Part shown: positions 43,025 to 56,963 of the stretch, piece after piece
How the letters are laid out: every line of letters starts with the position of its first letter
Numbering within the stretch: the stretch's first letter is position 1
Source of the DNA: the human T2T-CHM13v2.0 reference genome, Homo sapiens
NCBI RefSeq assembly: GCF_009914755.1
Contig: NC_060939.1
Reading direction: 5' to 3' (one strand)
DNA: 64,000 nt
Translations under genes and position numbers: made by a program
The notes under the pieces: model-generated
The model's input: the letters and a program-made list of their open reading frames with translations, nothing else
Told to the model about the DNA's origin: nothing
Databases searched by the model: none

Positions 43025-43550
43025 TTTTATTTTTATTTATTTTTTATTTTTTTCCTAGCTTATGGAGGTATGATTGATGAAACTTGTCTATATTTAGGGT
43101 GTACAATGTGATGTTTTGATATATGTTTACATTGTGAAATGATTACCACAGCGAAGCTGACCGACATACCCATCACCTCACCTGGTTTCCATTTTTTGTG
43201 TATGGTAAGAACACTTGAGAGCTACTTTCTTAGCAAACCTCAAGAATACAATGCGTTATTATTAATTATAGTCACCATGCCGTGCTTTAGATCTCCAGAA
43301 TGTATTCATTTTATAACTGAAAATGCGTGCCCTTTGACCAGCACCTCCCCTTGACCCCCAGTCCCCAGCCCCTGGTAGCCATCATTCTGTTCTCTGTTAC
43401 TGTGGGTTTGACTTTTATTTAGATTCTACATACCAGTGAGATCATGTAGTATTTGCCTTTCTGTGTCTAGCTTATTTCACCTAACATAATGTCCTGCAGG
43501 TTCATCTATGTTGTCACAAATGGCAAGATTCTCTTCTTTTTGAAGGCCAT
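43025..43550 (-). mobile_element. L1MA-type 3' end
   Basis: GTACAATGTGATGTTTTGATATATG..CATTGTGAAATGATTACCACA..TATAGTCACCATG..AGTGAGATCATG. Confidence 0.85.
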
Positions 43551-43763
43551 ATGACCCTGTAGTCAGGAGCTGGCCTTTTCTATCAGCCGCAGATTTTGGT
43601 CTGTGTTTCACTTTTAAGATGGTTAGCTAAGATGTGAAACAAAGCAAATTCTTATGATCAATCTCAGTTGTCCTTGCTCTTCAGCCATTATTTCCAGTTT
43701 TCAGCCAGTGGTTTTCTATGTCTGTGGATACAACTAAACCAGTTACCATTAATTTTCTAGGAA

Positions 43764-44104
<341 letters not shown>

Positions 44105-44304
44105 TTATCATCATCTGAATACAAAATATATCATTTAGCCTTTATAACCATAATTTTTAAGAACAAATCTTCGCATTTTTCCAGTGTGACCTGTTTTGTA
44201 CTCCTACAAACTTTATTTCAGCTAACAATGCTTATCCTATAATTCCCTGGTAAATTATACTTTCATATCAAGGCTCTCTAAATGCAATTATTCTTCCCCC
44301 TCAG

Positions 44305-44406
44305 AAAGTGGATCTCTTCAGCCTGGGAATTATCTTCTTTGAGATGTCCTATCACCCCATGGTCACGGCTTCAGAAAGGATCTTTGTTCTCAACCAACTC
44401 AGAGAT
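44305..44406 (+). CDS. EIF2AK4: Exon 19 (102 nt), KVDLFSLGIIFFEM...NQLRD
   Basis: cctcag|AAA ... GAT|gtatgt; phase 0/0. Confidence 0.98.
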
Positions 44407-45020
44407 GTATGTATCAGGTGTTTTAGTGCCTACATTTTCAGTAACCGGAATCTTAGCACAGAGATCAGAATTCAAAGCAGGATATTTTTCTGGTATTTAT
44501 AATATAGAAGAGGCTGCCCTACTGTAATTTTAATGACTCATTTATTCAGATATGCAAGACTAACCAGTTTTCCCATTTTTAGTGAAACATTTTTCTGAGC
44601 AAAGGAAGTCACCTCAGTTAAATTCTTAAAATAGCAGTTTTGGGAGCCAAAGATCATCAGCATGTAGGAGGGATCTTACTGGTCTCTCCACTATGTTTCC
44701 ACAGTGAGGTAAATGGAACCCTACCTCTGATGATGGGAAACTTGCCCCAGTTTTGTTTGTTTTTGGAAATCTTACCTGGAGAAATTGCTAGGTTATAGTT
44801 GCTTTTTAAAAAATTATTCTGAGATTTACTCTTGATTTTAAAGCAAAGGAAGAAGCCACAAAATTGGGCTTGATATGAATATGGTTATAACAAGGGAGTA
44901 GATTGTAAAGAAATGGGTATTTAGTTCTAGAAGTTAAAGATGCCTGTTGAATGGGCCAGTTGTAGTAACGTCTAAAGAAAACTACCAAGACCAGAAGTTA
45001 AAACGGGTCCGAAAAAAATA

Positions 45021-45874
45021 TCTGCCCCTTGAAATGTTTTTCCCAATGAAATTTCCATTTGTGTTCTTGGGATTAATCCTTGCCTCATTTACTGCCTGAG
45101 CTAAAAAGGGACCAGTGTTACATGTGCGAGGTCAGAGATGCCCATGAGCAAACCGCATTAAGATGAAAGTGAAGAGTGAGGTTTGGGTGAGAGTGATTTA
45201 AATTCACATATTTATGAGCGAGACATCTGGAGAGCCACCTTCTTTCTTACTGAGCAGAGTGAAGCAGGAATATTTATTAAGTTAATTCATAAACACGATA
45301 ACTAGAATGCAGTAAGAATACTCCTGTATTCCACTATAAGAACACTTCTCTGGATAATTTTGAAAACAAATTATTTTACTGTGAGTACAGTGTGGACAGC
45401 TGTGTTCGTAAAGTATAGGACTAAGTGAAGTGATTTCTATTGCCTCGCCTTGACTGCAATGCTCTTAGATGATTATGTCCTTAATGAAGTGCCTTTCTTT
45501 AGTCTAAAATTCATGTTTATTTACCAGAAAGGTGAGAACTTTTGGGGAAGTAGAGATTTTTTTTTCTCTTACTCTATCTGTGTTGGTATATGGGTGTGGT
45601 TTTTTTTTTTTGTTTTTTTTTTTTTTTGCCTTTTTTCATCTGCATGTTTAATTAAACTACTTTGTTGTTCTCTGAAGCCATTAGGTTTTTACTTTGTACC
45701 CAGATGTGCTTTCTGCCCCTTGAAATTTTTTTCTCAGTGAAATTTCCATTTATGTTTTTGGGGTTAGTCCTTGCCTCTGTTACTGCCTGAGCTAAAAGGG
45801 ACCAATGTTATAGTATGTGAGGTCAAAGGTGCAGACAGCATTAGGACGAAAGTGAAGAGTGAGGTTTGGGTGAG
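45021..45874. repeat. Diverged direct duplication, about 165-170 bp (45021-45191 and 45712-45874)
   Basis: Shared blocks TCTGCCCCTTGAAAT, GAAATTTCCATTT, TCCTTGCCTC, TACTGCCTGAGCTAAAA, GGGACCA.TGTTA, GAAAGTGAAGAGTGAGGTTTGGGTGAG. Confidence 0.93.
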
Positions 45875-46073
45875 GCTGTCATTTGGGTAAAGTTTATATT
45901 AAAATAATATGTATGTAATTGGAAGAATAAGCGTCAGGTTTCAAGAAGGTATCACCTATCTTTTCTTGCTAGCAAATTTTTATTTCTGTATTTGATTTTC
46001 TTACTTATGGTGAATAAATGCTTTCACTGTGGCAGTCTGCCAAAACCTTGCTGATTTGAATATATTTTTTTAG

Positions 46074-46127
46074 CCCACTTCGCCTAAGTTTCCAGAAGAC
46101 TTTGACGATGGAGAGCATGCAAAGCAG
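46074..46127 (+). CDS. EIF2AK4: Exon 20 (54 nt), PTSPKFPEDFDDGEHAKQ
   Basis: ttttag|CCC ... CAG|gtaatt; phase 0/0. Confidence 0.96.
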
Positions 46128-48330
46128 GTAATTTTCTGATGCGTCAATTACTATGTCTTCAGTCTTGCATTTTAATTATTATTTTTCTTCTTTTTCAATT
46201 AGTAATCTTCTGCCACTCATTCTCTTGTGTCCTGGGAACAACGTGGGGAAAAAATATGAAAAGATGAAGCACTTAAAATGTTATTAGACTTGAACTACAC
46301 CATAAAAATGCCAAGGGCTGGCACAGAAAATTAACAAACTGCAGGGTTCTTTTGTGCAATTCGTTGTGCTTTTGAAGTGCTATTTGGACCCTTGGCTTAG
46401 CTGTTGAAAAAAAAAAAGAATCCTTTTACAACTCATTGTTTTTGATAAAGCTTGGGGCTTTAAGAAAAAAATATAATTTAAAACTGTAATTTTGTTCTGT
46501 TTTGTGGTTGCAGTAGCTCAGATTATGGGGGAAGGGTTGCATTTTCTGGACAGTCTATTGTCACAGTATTTTAAAGCAAAATAATTTCTCCTATATACCA
46601 TAAATATCTGAGTATATGTGTGTGTGACTCATGACATAGGCTAATATTGGCATCCAGCAAATATTAAAAAAAATATTATTGGTGAATGTGTGTATTGGGC
46701 TTCTGGTATGCCTTTCTTCTGAGTGCCAGTTGTTTGTCTTGGTACAGTGGTTAATACTCTTGTCATATGGAAGTTTCTCAAACTGACTTACTGACAATTA
46801 TAATCAAGGCAAACTCCTTATTTAAATCATTAATGTTGAGAACAAAAGCATAGATGGAATATTGTATTAATTTGGTCCTTCTTGCTTGCTGGTTATGTAT
46901 CTGAATGGACATGCCACTTTTCTAGACTTTAATTTCCCTCACCTATAAAATAAAAAGATTAAGTACTCTTTATTTATATTAGCACTAACATTGTGTCATT
47001 TGGTAAGTTTAACATGATGGTTATTTATGGCTGTAGGGACCTATTCTGCCTCATCTGTTTAATTAGTGAAGGCCATTAGAAATACATTGAGTCATGTTTC
47101 TGCTTCTTTTGGTAGCTATTATTGTTTCTGGGTGTCATAAGTAAACATTCATTTCATAGCCTTTCCTTATGACAAGGTCAGTCTTATTTGGTGTTTCCCC
47201 TTGTTGACAGCTAAGATGGCCCAGGAACTATACAAACCATTTTTCACCATGAGGACTGCACTCCTACCATCAGATATATATTAGATACCCTTGAGCATTT
47301 GAGTCTGGGCTGTACAAATTGGCACCAAAACAAAAACAACAAAACCACAACCACCTCCCATGTCATAGTCATTGCTTTTTAGCTGAAAGGAGGAAACTTA
47401 GAAGATGCTTATAGAATGAGCATAGCATAATTTTTTGCCATGCACATTTACCAGTACAGCAGGGTCTATTATGCTCAATAGGGTATTCTTGTTTTTGTCA
47501 GTTTAATATACCTTTCATAAAAGTTGTATCATGTCATTTTCTTTCTATATAATACTCCTATATCCCATACAAACTAATTGCCTGTGTTTTTATTTTACCC
47601 TAATACTGGAAGGAGAGTGGTAGGGGGGCATATTTTAAAGATTTATAACTAGAAAATGCTTAATAAAGTCCATCTAATAATTGAGGTTTTCTTATCTCAA
47701 ATATTTCTCTAACTCCTTATAAATCTTTATTATAAACAAGAGGATTAAACATCATTAAGGAACCTCTCAAAGGTTTAGATTGCCTTCATATGGTTCACTG
47801 CTTTAATGAGGTGGCTGTGAAGATATAACAAATCAGTAACATAAATCAAGAGAATTCAAGGGAATGGTATCAATGCAAATAACATAAATGGAGAAGAAAC
47901 CATTAAAACAAGATGTTTTACATTGCTTTTAGGATTCCAGCAGTTATTATGCATTACAATTTCTACTAAAATTAGGCATGTAAAGCTATTTGTTTTATCT
48001 TTTTACATCTTTTTATACGATATTTTCTGTGTTTATAAGGCCTAATTTCTGCTTCTATGTAGTTGTTGATTTGATTTTTTTTGGTTGTGACAATAAGGTA
48101 TAAAAACAAGGGGCCTCCTTTTAAGAAATGTTCATACTACATTGTTGCACAACTCTGTGGTCATAATAAAGCAGAAAAAATAATGACCTATTCAGAAATT
48201 TCAGAATGTCAGTTAAGTGCAAGAATAGTGGCACCTTTTCTTTGACCTGAACTGACTACTGACTTGTCCGGAGAATAGCTGAGCATTATCCATTGCATCC
48301 CATTAGCAGTGTGCCTGGGTTTTATTGTAG

Positions 48331-48567
48331 AAATCAGTCATCTCCTGGCTGTTGAACCACGATCCAGCAAAACGGCCCACAGCCACAGAACTGCTCAAGA
48401 GTGAGCTGCTGCCCCCACCCCAGATGGAGGAGTCAGAGCTGCATGAAGTGCTGCACCACACGCTGACCAACGTGGATGGGAAGGCCTACCGCACCATGAT
48501 GGCCCAGATCTTCTCGCAGCGCATCTCCCCTGCCATCGATTACACCTATGACAGCGACATACTGAAG
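48331..48567 (+). CDS. EIF2AK4: Exon 21 (237 nt), end of kinase (HDPAKRPTATELL) and linker
   Basis: ttgtag|AAA ... AAG|gtgggc; phase 0/0. Confidence 0.98.
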
Positions 48568-48814
48568 GTGGGCTTAAGCCACGCTGCACAAAGGGAGCTT
48601 CACCTTGTCCACAAAAGGATCAAGCCAGTTTCTCACAGATTCTTTTAATGCCTCTAACATAAGTTCTTATGTGAGGTATTGGAAGCCCCTAAAAGTACAT
48701 GCAAAATGTGTGTATATGCATTCAGGGAAGAGGACCCATACTTTCAGTCACCTACTTGAAGGAGTCCTTGACCTTTCCTCCTCCCTACCCACCCAAGAGA
48801 TTAAGAAGCAGTGC

Positions 48815-48998
48815 CTACAAAAATTAGCCGTGCGTGGTGGCATGCACCTGTAATCCCAGCTACCCGGGAGGCTGAGGCAGGAGAATCGCTTGAGCCTGGG
48901 AGGCAGGCGGAGGTTGCAGAGAGCCGAGATCGTGCCACTGCACTCCAGCCTGGGAGACAGAGCAAGACCCCAACTCAAAAAAAAAAAAAAAAAAAAGA
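48815..48998 (+). mobile_element. 5'-truncated Alu (right arm)
   Basis: Flanked by AAGAA(G/A)CAGTGC TSD; long A tail. Confidence 0.92.
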
Positions 48999-49080
48999 AA
49001 CAGTGCATTTAGAGACTGATCCCTAGCCCAAACGCCCAGAGCCATAAGCATCAACCAGCTCATATCTAGATGAAGTATAA

Positions 49081-49262
49081 AGTAGTTCCCAGTGCTGGTT
49101 GCACATCTACTTCATCTCAGAAACTCTCTGACAATGCAGATGCCCAGGTCCCGTAGCCCATCTAGTGGCTCAGAATCTCCAGGTGTGAGGCATTTCAGAA
49201 TCTCATTAAAAGCTCCCAAGCAGTTTCTGAAGTGTAGCCAGGTTGCCAGTTTGGGAAGACTT
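49081..49262. mobile_element. MER5-family element
   Basis: ATGCAGATGCCCAGG..CAGAATCTCCAGG..AAGCTCCC..TTCTGA..CAGTTTGGGAA. Confidence 0.65.
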
Positions 49263-50057
49263 TAACATTTAATTTCTTTTAAAAAGAAAAAAAATCTGAA
49301 GCATATTAGTGAAATGTTAAAATGTGTTAAAGTTGGGTGAGTAGGTAACAGGTATTTGTTATATTCTCTATTATGTTTCTGTTTGCTTAATATATATGAT
49401 ATAATTTAAAAAGATAGAGTAGTGGAGGAAGTCATAGTAAAATTTATGAAAGATCAGTATAGATTTTAGAGACCAAACACAATTTTTACTGGCTGGCAAT
49501 ATTATTATAGAAAGATATTTGCAGGATTATAGGTGACTTTTTTATAGATGTCTTTTTTCATATGTGTTGTTTCTAAATTTTCTATAGTGAAATGGTACTA
49601 CTTTTATAATACAAAAACAAATGAAAAAGAAAGCTATTGGCAAAATATGTAAATGCCATGTAGCTTTCAACAGGCCTGCCATGAATCACCTTGGTATGTG
49701 GGAGGGGCCTGATGCTGTTAGGTGGTCATCGCGCCACAGTATCCCTGAGAGTCAGAGAGAATGTGTTTATTTGATTATCTCCCTCTGAAAGGCAAATATC
49801 AATGTGGCCAAGAATTTGGACTTTGAACCCAGGCATCCTTCCCATTGGTTGAAAGGTTAGCTCTTGCTTTCCAAAGCAGGCCATGAAAGATATGTGTCCT
49901 CTTCCCTGATGTGTTCAAAGAGGGATGGACTTGTCAAGACTTGTTTTTTGAACCTGGAAATAAGCAGTGTAGTGCCTACTGCAAGCCACAGATTAATATT
50001 TTAAAGGATCCCTTTGATAAGGCTTCAATGATGATGTTTTAATCGGTCCTGTTTTAG

Positions 50058-50133
50058 GGCAACTTCTCAATCCGTACAGCCAAGATGCAGCAGCATGTGT
50101 GTGAAACCATCATCCGCATCTTTAAAAGACATG
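50058..50133 (+). CDS. EIF2AK4: Exon 22 (76 nt), start of HisRS-like domain GNFSIRTAKMQQ...FKRH
   Basis: ttttag|GGC ... G|gtatgt; phase 0/1. Confidence 0.97.
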
Positions 50134-50537
50134 GTATGTACGCCCTTTTTAAAAATGATATTTCTTCTCATAAGACTTTTTTCATCATTAGAAAGTACTG
50201 TTAGTGTTCGGGCATATCATATTTTACTTTCAAATTCAGTTATAAATAATTGACATCATATGGAATTTAAGCTTATTTTTGAAACTGATTTGAATATTAC
50301 AGCCTTACTATTAATACTAAAATGCAATTGGTTTGTGGAGTCAGAAATATGACCAAACTGTCAAACTTAACTCTAGATGAGCTCTCTATTTATAAATTTA
50401 GAGAACTCAAGAAAAATTGATATGACTTCAATGGTCCCAGTAGCAATTACTTAACTGTCAGGTTTGTGTTAATTTTAGGTTGCCTTCTAAGGAGAATGTG
50501 AACCTGATGATGAGCTATTTTTTCTCATTTGGTGTAG

Positions 50538-50659
50538 GAGCTGTTCAGTTGTGTACTCCACTACTGCTTCCCCGAAACAGACAAATATATGAGCACAACG
50601 AAGCTGCCCTATTCATGGACCACAGCGGGATGCTGGTGATGCTTCCTTTTGACCTGCGG
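50538..50659 (+). CDS. EIF2AK4: Exon 23 (122 nt), GAVQLCTPLLLP...MLPFDLR
   Basis: gtgtag|GA ... CGG|gtgagg; phase 1/0. Confidence 0.97.
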
Positions 50660-51199
50660 GTGAGGCTGGGAACACACTGCTGACAATCAGAATGCTGTAT
50701 CTAGTCACAGGGATGGCATCTCTGTTAAAGGATTTTTCCCCCAGGCTTATATTATAAATGTCACCTTTGGGAAATGTATTCTTGAGGAAGTTGTCAGAGT
50801 GAGAGTGTTACTGGGGTGGAGGAAATGTTTGGTCCTGAATGCCTCCACCTTCCTAATAGCTCAGGTGTTTATGGCTCTAGGAACTGGAGGAACCCTGCAT
50901 TGCAGGTGCCACATGTGCACCCCCCAGTGTTGAGTGACCACAGCAGGTTAACCCCACCCACTTAGACAAATAAATGTAGTTTGTTTGTCTTTTTAACTTC
51001 CTGGCTAGATCTTCAGTAAACATCCTAACATGTTAATGCCTAGAACAGTTAAATTCTTCTAACAGCAAGTGTCTCTCCTAATTGGGTATGCTGAGTTTTG
51101 CCTGTGCCTGCTTTCTTCCGACCCCCAGGGATCCTGTCGACAGCAGCAGTCTTAACTAGTCTTTCACTCACACAGTGTTGGCTACTAACAAGCTATCTG

Positions 51200-51775
51200 T
51201 GGTGCTGTATGATAGAGCAAGGAAAACATGCAATGCATGTGACAGACAAGGTTTAATACCTCTCACATACAGAAAGCACTGACAAGTGGAGACATGAGCA
51301 AAGGATATAACCAGGCAGCTCTCAGAAGAGAATATGTGCATGGCTGATAAACTTCTGAAAAGCTGTACTGCCTCACCAATAATAAAGAAGTGCAAAGCTG
51401 TCTCAACTTCACCCATCAGACAGGAAACATTTTTAAATTAATGTTATCCAGAGATGACAGGAGTGTAGGAAAATAGGTATTTTCATATGTTGCTGATGGG
51501 AATGTGGACTGCTAAACCTTTAGAAAAGTAATCTAAAAGTTTATAATAAAACTTTAAAAATTTTGTTGCACATTCTTTATCCTTAGAACCAGCCATCCCA
51601 CTTTGAGCAATTTACTCAAAGAAAGAAAAACACATCAGTGTATGAATGTTAAAAGGATGTTAATTGCCATATTATTGTGGTAGTCAAAAACTGTCTGTCT
51701 GTTTATCAGTAGGAAAATGGTTGAATAATTTGTCACCAATATTATGGAATATTAAGGAGCTATTGAAAAGAACAT
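51200..51775 (+). mobile_element. Old L1M(E) fragment
   Basis: GCAAAGGATATAA.CAGGCA..TTGCTGATGGGAATGT..AGGATGTT.ATTGC..TCAGTAGGAAAATGGTTGAATAA. Confidence 0.7.
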
Positions 51776-51777
51776 TG

Positions 51778-52200
51778 AGCTAGGCACAGTGGCTCATGCC
51801 TGTAATTCCAGAACTAGGCTAGGTAGGAGGAGTGCTTGAGCCCAGTAGTTCAAGACCAGCCTGGGCAACATAGGAAGACCCCATCTTTACAAAAAATTTA
51901 AAAATTAGCCCAGTGTGGTGGCTCGTGCCTGTGGTCTCAGCTACTTGGGAGGTTAAGGCAGGAGGATTGGTTGAGCCCAGGAAGTCAAGGCTTCAGTGAG
52001 CCATGATTCTGCCACTGCACTCCAGCCTAGGAAACAGGGCAAGACTCTGTCTCAAAAAGAAAATTAAAAAATTTTTTTTTGTAGAAACGGGCTCTCGCTG
52101 TGTTGCCCAGGCTGGTCTCAAACTGCTGGACTCAAGCAGATCCTTCTGCCTCAGCCTCCCAAAATACTGGAATTACAGGCATGAGCCGCCATGCCCAGCC
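51778..52200. mobile_element. AluJ (+, 51778-52068) tail-to-tail with an Alu left monomer/FLAM (-, 52071-52200)
   Basis: The A tail runs directly into a T tail. Confidence 0.9.
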
Positions 52201-52259
52201 AATCTATATTTTTATATAGATCAAATATGTATTTTTTATATATGTATAAGATGAAAATA

Positions 52260-52581
52260 CAGTCAGCTCTTCGTACATATCCTTGGATTCCACATCCACG
52301 TATCCAGCCAACTGTGGATGGAAAATACTCAGAAAAAAAAATTCCAACAAGCAAAATTTGAATTTACCATGTGCTAAACACTGCATTGAATCCACACAAA
52401 AGAAGGGATGTATAGGCATAGTAGTAGATATTATAAGGAATCTAAAGATGATTTAAAGTGTACAGGAGGATGCGCATAGGCTATAGGCAAATGCTCTGTC
52501 ATTTTATATCAGGAACTTAACCATCCACTGATTTTGGTATCCTTGGGGGAGTCCCGGAACCAATTTCTGAGGGACAACTAT
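52260..52581. mobile_element. MER2B-like (TcMar-Tigger); second partial copy at about 53250-53370
   Basis: TA-CAGTC.GC.CT..GGATGGAAAATACTCAGAAAAA..TCTAAAGATGATTTAAAG..GGAACCAAT..GAGGGACAACT-A. Confidence 0.8.
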
Positions 52582-52666
52582 ACATATTTAGATATAGCCA
52601 TATTTATACTTGATTTGTAGGAATGTGCATGGCACATTGTTAGCTTTTTTTAAAAAGTAAATTTCA

Positions 52667-53215
<549 letters not shown>

Positions 53216-54360
53216 TGCATACACTTGATATATGTGTAGATATATATATTTGGCCCTCTACATCCTTGGGTGGTTTCTGTATCCATGGATCCAACCGAGG
53301 ATGGAAGATACTCAGAAAAAAAAAAAAAATTCACAAAGCTCCAAAAAGCAAAACTTGAACTTGTCACATTCACGTGTCTGAATGACCGTGCACATCAGGT
53401 TGTTTGTATCACCAAAGAGTAAGGTGTCAAAGAATACACTCATTTTGACCATACTTTTTGGAGGGGGGAGTGGAATCTTTTTTTAAATGTATGTCATATG
53501 GCTTATTGTGAAACAGGTTTTGTGTTTATAGTCTAAGAAGAAATTCCTTCCACATTCCTCACTTCTGTTTTTCTTTTATAGTGAGTAAAGTGATGTGGGA
53601 TTATTCTGAGGTAGAGGTAAATAAACAGCAAATCAGATGAGACATTTGCGTTTTGTTGAAAAAAAAAGAATAGAAGTACAAATATTTACATAGCTATACT
53701 TAAAGCTGGCTTCTTATTCTCTAAATATTAGGAGACTAAAGTGCAGATTTTTAAATATCAGCTCCCATTCTATAAGCTGATATTGAAATGCAAAAAATTA
53801 AAAAGTGAATGTATGTTGAGAATTTGGCCCATCAGTGGTAATGATACCATGTTGGATCTGTTGGGGCAATCTAACAATGGTTTTACTAGTTGTGGTTACT
53901 ATTTGAAGGTGTTTATTAAGAATTTATTCTAAGAGATTGATAGGAAAATCAGGAAATTCACCATAAGAGATAATACCCATTTTGACTGCATTACTATAAA
54001 AGTGACATTTTTTTAAAATTCATAAATAAATAACTTGCACTAATTTTAGTTGGACATAATAAAAGCTCCACAGAGAATATTTAACTAAAAGTGAATTTTA
54101 AAAAAAACCTAAGAAATGCCACAGTGAATAAGGTTGATGGTATGTCTAGCAGCGGAGTCCACCACTGACCAAAACACTGAAGAACATTTCAGGGAGTGTG
54201 AGTGGTGAGCAGTGCATAACTTAGTGAATACACTAAAAGCCACTGAAGTACATACTTTAAAGGGGTGAACTTTATGGGACAGGAGTTATGTTTCAATAAA
54301 GCCGCTATTAACAAAAGGCACATTTTGACATTGACCTTTCATATTTTGTTTATTTTTCAG

Positions 54361-54410
54361 ATCCCTTTTGCAAGATATGTGGCAAGAAATAATATATTGA
54401 ATTTAAAACG
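54361..54410 (+). CDS. EIF2AK4: Exon 24 (50 nt), IPFARYVARNNILNLK
   Basis: tttcag|ATC ... CG|gtaaga; phase 0/2. Confidence 0.97.
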
Positions 54411-55371
54411 GTAAGAAACAATAGGAGATTCCATTTGGTAGACATAGGAAAATAGTTGAATAATTTGTCAACCAGGAAAGAATATTTTATTTCCTGTGAT
54501 CCTTACACAGTTAAGAATTCTGGGTTCAGAATATTGAGCTTAGAATATGAACCAGAAGCCCAGCCACAGTACCCCTTCCTGTAAGGTAACTAGGACTGTT
54601 AGAAGGAATGTAGCAGGTAGGTACCGTCATGTTCCCACAGTCTATTCTGTACCTTCTAAATGTCCCCAAGCAACATTACTAATTATTTTCACAAACGGTT
54701 GCTTGATAAAAACATCTGGCTGTTCATGATCACAGATGGCCCCTTTTAAAACTTAATTGGTGGGACAAATGGCCAGTGGTCTCTATGTGAAAACTGCCTA
54801 CACAGGTAACCGAACAAAAGCTGCTTGTAGAGAAGTGGAGTAAACCCAGCAGGAACGCTGAGCGCTGAGGACCTCCAGGCACTTAGCCCTGGAAAAAGGC
54901 TTTCTGTACATTCAAATACCACAGGGGTCCAACACTGAGATCTTCATAATTTGGAGCAGTATTGTTGTCAATGAGGCACCCTACTTTAAAGCTCCTTTCT
55001 TCAACTGAAAGCAAAGCTCTTTACATGCTTTTATTCTAGCTACAAGTGAATAATTAATAATCGTAGTCCTATGGTGTGGGTATCCCTGTGTAGAAAGCAA
55101 TCACTAAGGTAAAATTTTTTGGTGTAATTTCATCTCTATTTCAGACATTTAAAAAACCTTAAGCCCCATAGCTTAATAGTGGCAAAACTGGGAATTGGAA
55201 CCTAGATCACAAGGCAAGGCTGTTCCAGGTCAAATCTGTCTTTCAGTCCTCTTGATCATACCACCGATTAATTTTTTTTCATATTTGTTTCTTATATCTT
55301 GTTCAACAATTTCTTATACATATTTCTTTCTAGTAAGCAATGACCTTAGAAATCTGGGTTTCTCTCTCCAG

Positions 55372-55540
55372 ATACTGCATAGAACGTGTGTTCAGGCCGC
55401 GCAAGTTAGATCGATTTCATCCCAAAGAACTTCTGGAGTGTGCATTTGATATTGTCACTTCTACCACCAACAGCTTTCTGCCCACTGCTGAAATTATCTA
55501 CACTATCTATGAAATCATCCAAGAGTTTCCAGCACTTCAG
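55372..55540 (+). CDS. EIF2AK4: Exon 25 (169 nt), HisRS-like motif-2 region YCIERVFR...EFPALQ
   Basis: ctccag|A ... CAG|gttcct (weak donor); phase 2/0. Confidence 0.96.
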
Positions 55541-56409
55541 GTTCCTTTCCATATTTTAACATTCCAAGATTCCCCACTATATTTCTGCACCAAGTGTGGT
55601 GGGGAAAACCACAGCTACAGACCTGCTTCTCAGTCTGTCCTGCAGATGAATCACATCTTTACTAAAGTAACTGAGAAGAGCTTGCTGGTGTTGCTTTTGA
55701 GGTTCAGCTCAGGCTCTTACCTTCACAGGAACTGGTTTTGTTTTGGGGGATGGGTATTCTCTGCCCATTCTTCTAAAATGCAAGATATCAGGCTAAGATT
55801 CCTAAGATGCTCTTAGCCTGTTCATACCCTGTTTGGAACCCTCAGTGGCTCTATCCTACACCCGATCTCTTCACTCCCCAACTTCCCTTTTCACCAAGTC
55901 TGCATGCTGCCTAGCTGGTGGGGACTGCTGCCAGCACTTCTCAGGCTTCCCTCCCCACCCCACACACACACCCTGTCATTCCTGCCACCGTCAGTCAAAT
56001 GTTCCCTTGTCTAGAAAGTCTTTGCCCAGCCATGGTTTGGGCCCTTTCTCCCCAGGAAGCCTCACTGCACCCTCATTAATTAGTTGGCCACCTTTTCTTC
56101 TCAACTCTCACAGGTCTTGATCTGAGACACCCATGTACTACCTTGAGTTATGTTCATTGTTTTCTCCAAGCAGAACATGTGTTTTTAGGGCAGAGCCTAC
56201 GAGTCCGCTTTGCCATATACCCCCATTGCAGCCAGCTCGGCACATGGCTCACCACTCGGTGAATACTCATTAATCGATTTGTGTGGACAAAAGTTAACAA
56301 TAACTATTCCACTAGCCTGTGCTTATGAGTCGATTACTACTGGACCAGATCCTTCTGTCTTTGAAATCAACTCTCTCGGGCTTTTTAACATAGCTGAAGA
56401 CCAGTCAGA

Positions 56410-56738
56410 GTTGTTTTTGTTTTGTTTTGTTTTGTTTTGTTTTGTTTTGTTTTGTTTTGGAGACAGTGTCTCGCTCTGTCTCCCAGGATGGTGTGCAGTG
56501 ATACTATCACAGCTCACTAGCCCCTACCTTCCAGGCTCAAGCAGTCCTCCTGCCTTGCTGCTTGAATAGCTGGGTCTACAAGCATGTGCCACTGACCCCA
56601 GCTAATTTTTTATTTTTTTGTAGAGATGGGGTTTCCCTATGTTCCCCAGGCTGGTCTTGAACTCTTGAGCTCAAGGGATCCTCCAACCTTGGCCTCCCAA
56701 AATGCTTGAATTACACAGGCATGAGCCACCACCCCAGC
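56410..56738 (-). mobile_element. AluJ with (TTTTG)n tail
   Basis: Diverged Alu; flanking AGTC(A/T)GAGT repeats. Confidence 0.9.
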
Positions 56739-56963
56739 CAGTCTGAGTACTTTGGATATATATAATATAGTATTAAATTAGAGTATACTCTGACTATAAC
56801 AGTGCAAAAAGAATGTATGAAAAAAAAATAAACTAGGAAGCCATATGCTAAATTCAATCCTTCCATTGTGTTAGGATGACAAATTGGTGGTAAGTTTCCA
56901 GATTTGGTCATGTACCAGTAATTGCTTTTATAATGAAAATAGTAATTTTTCTCCATATCCCAG

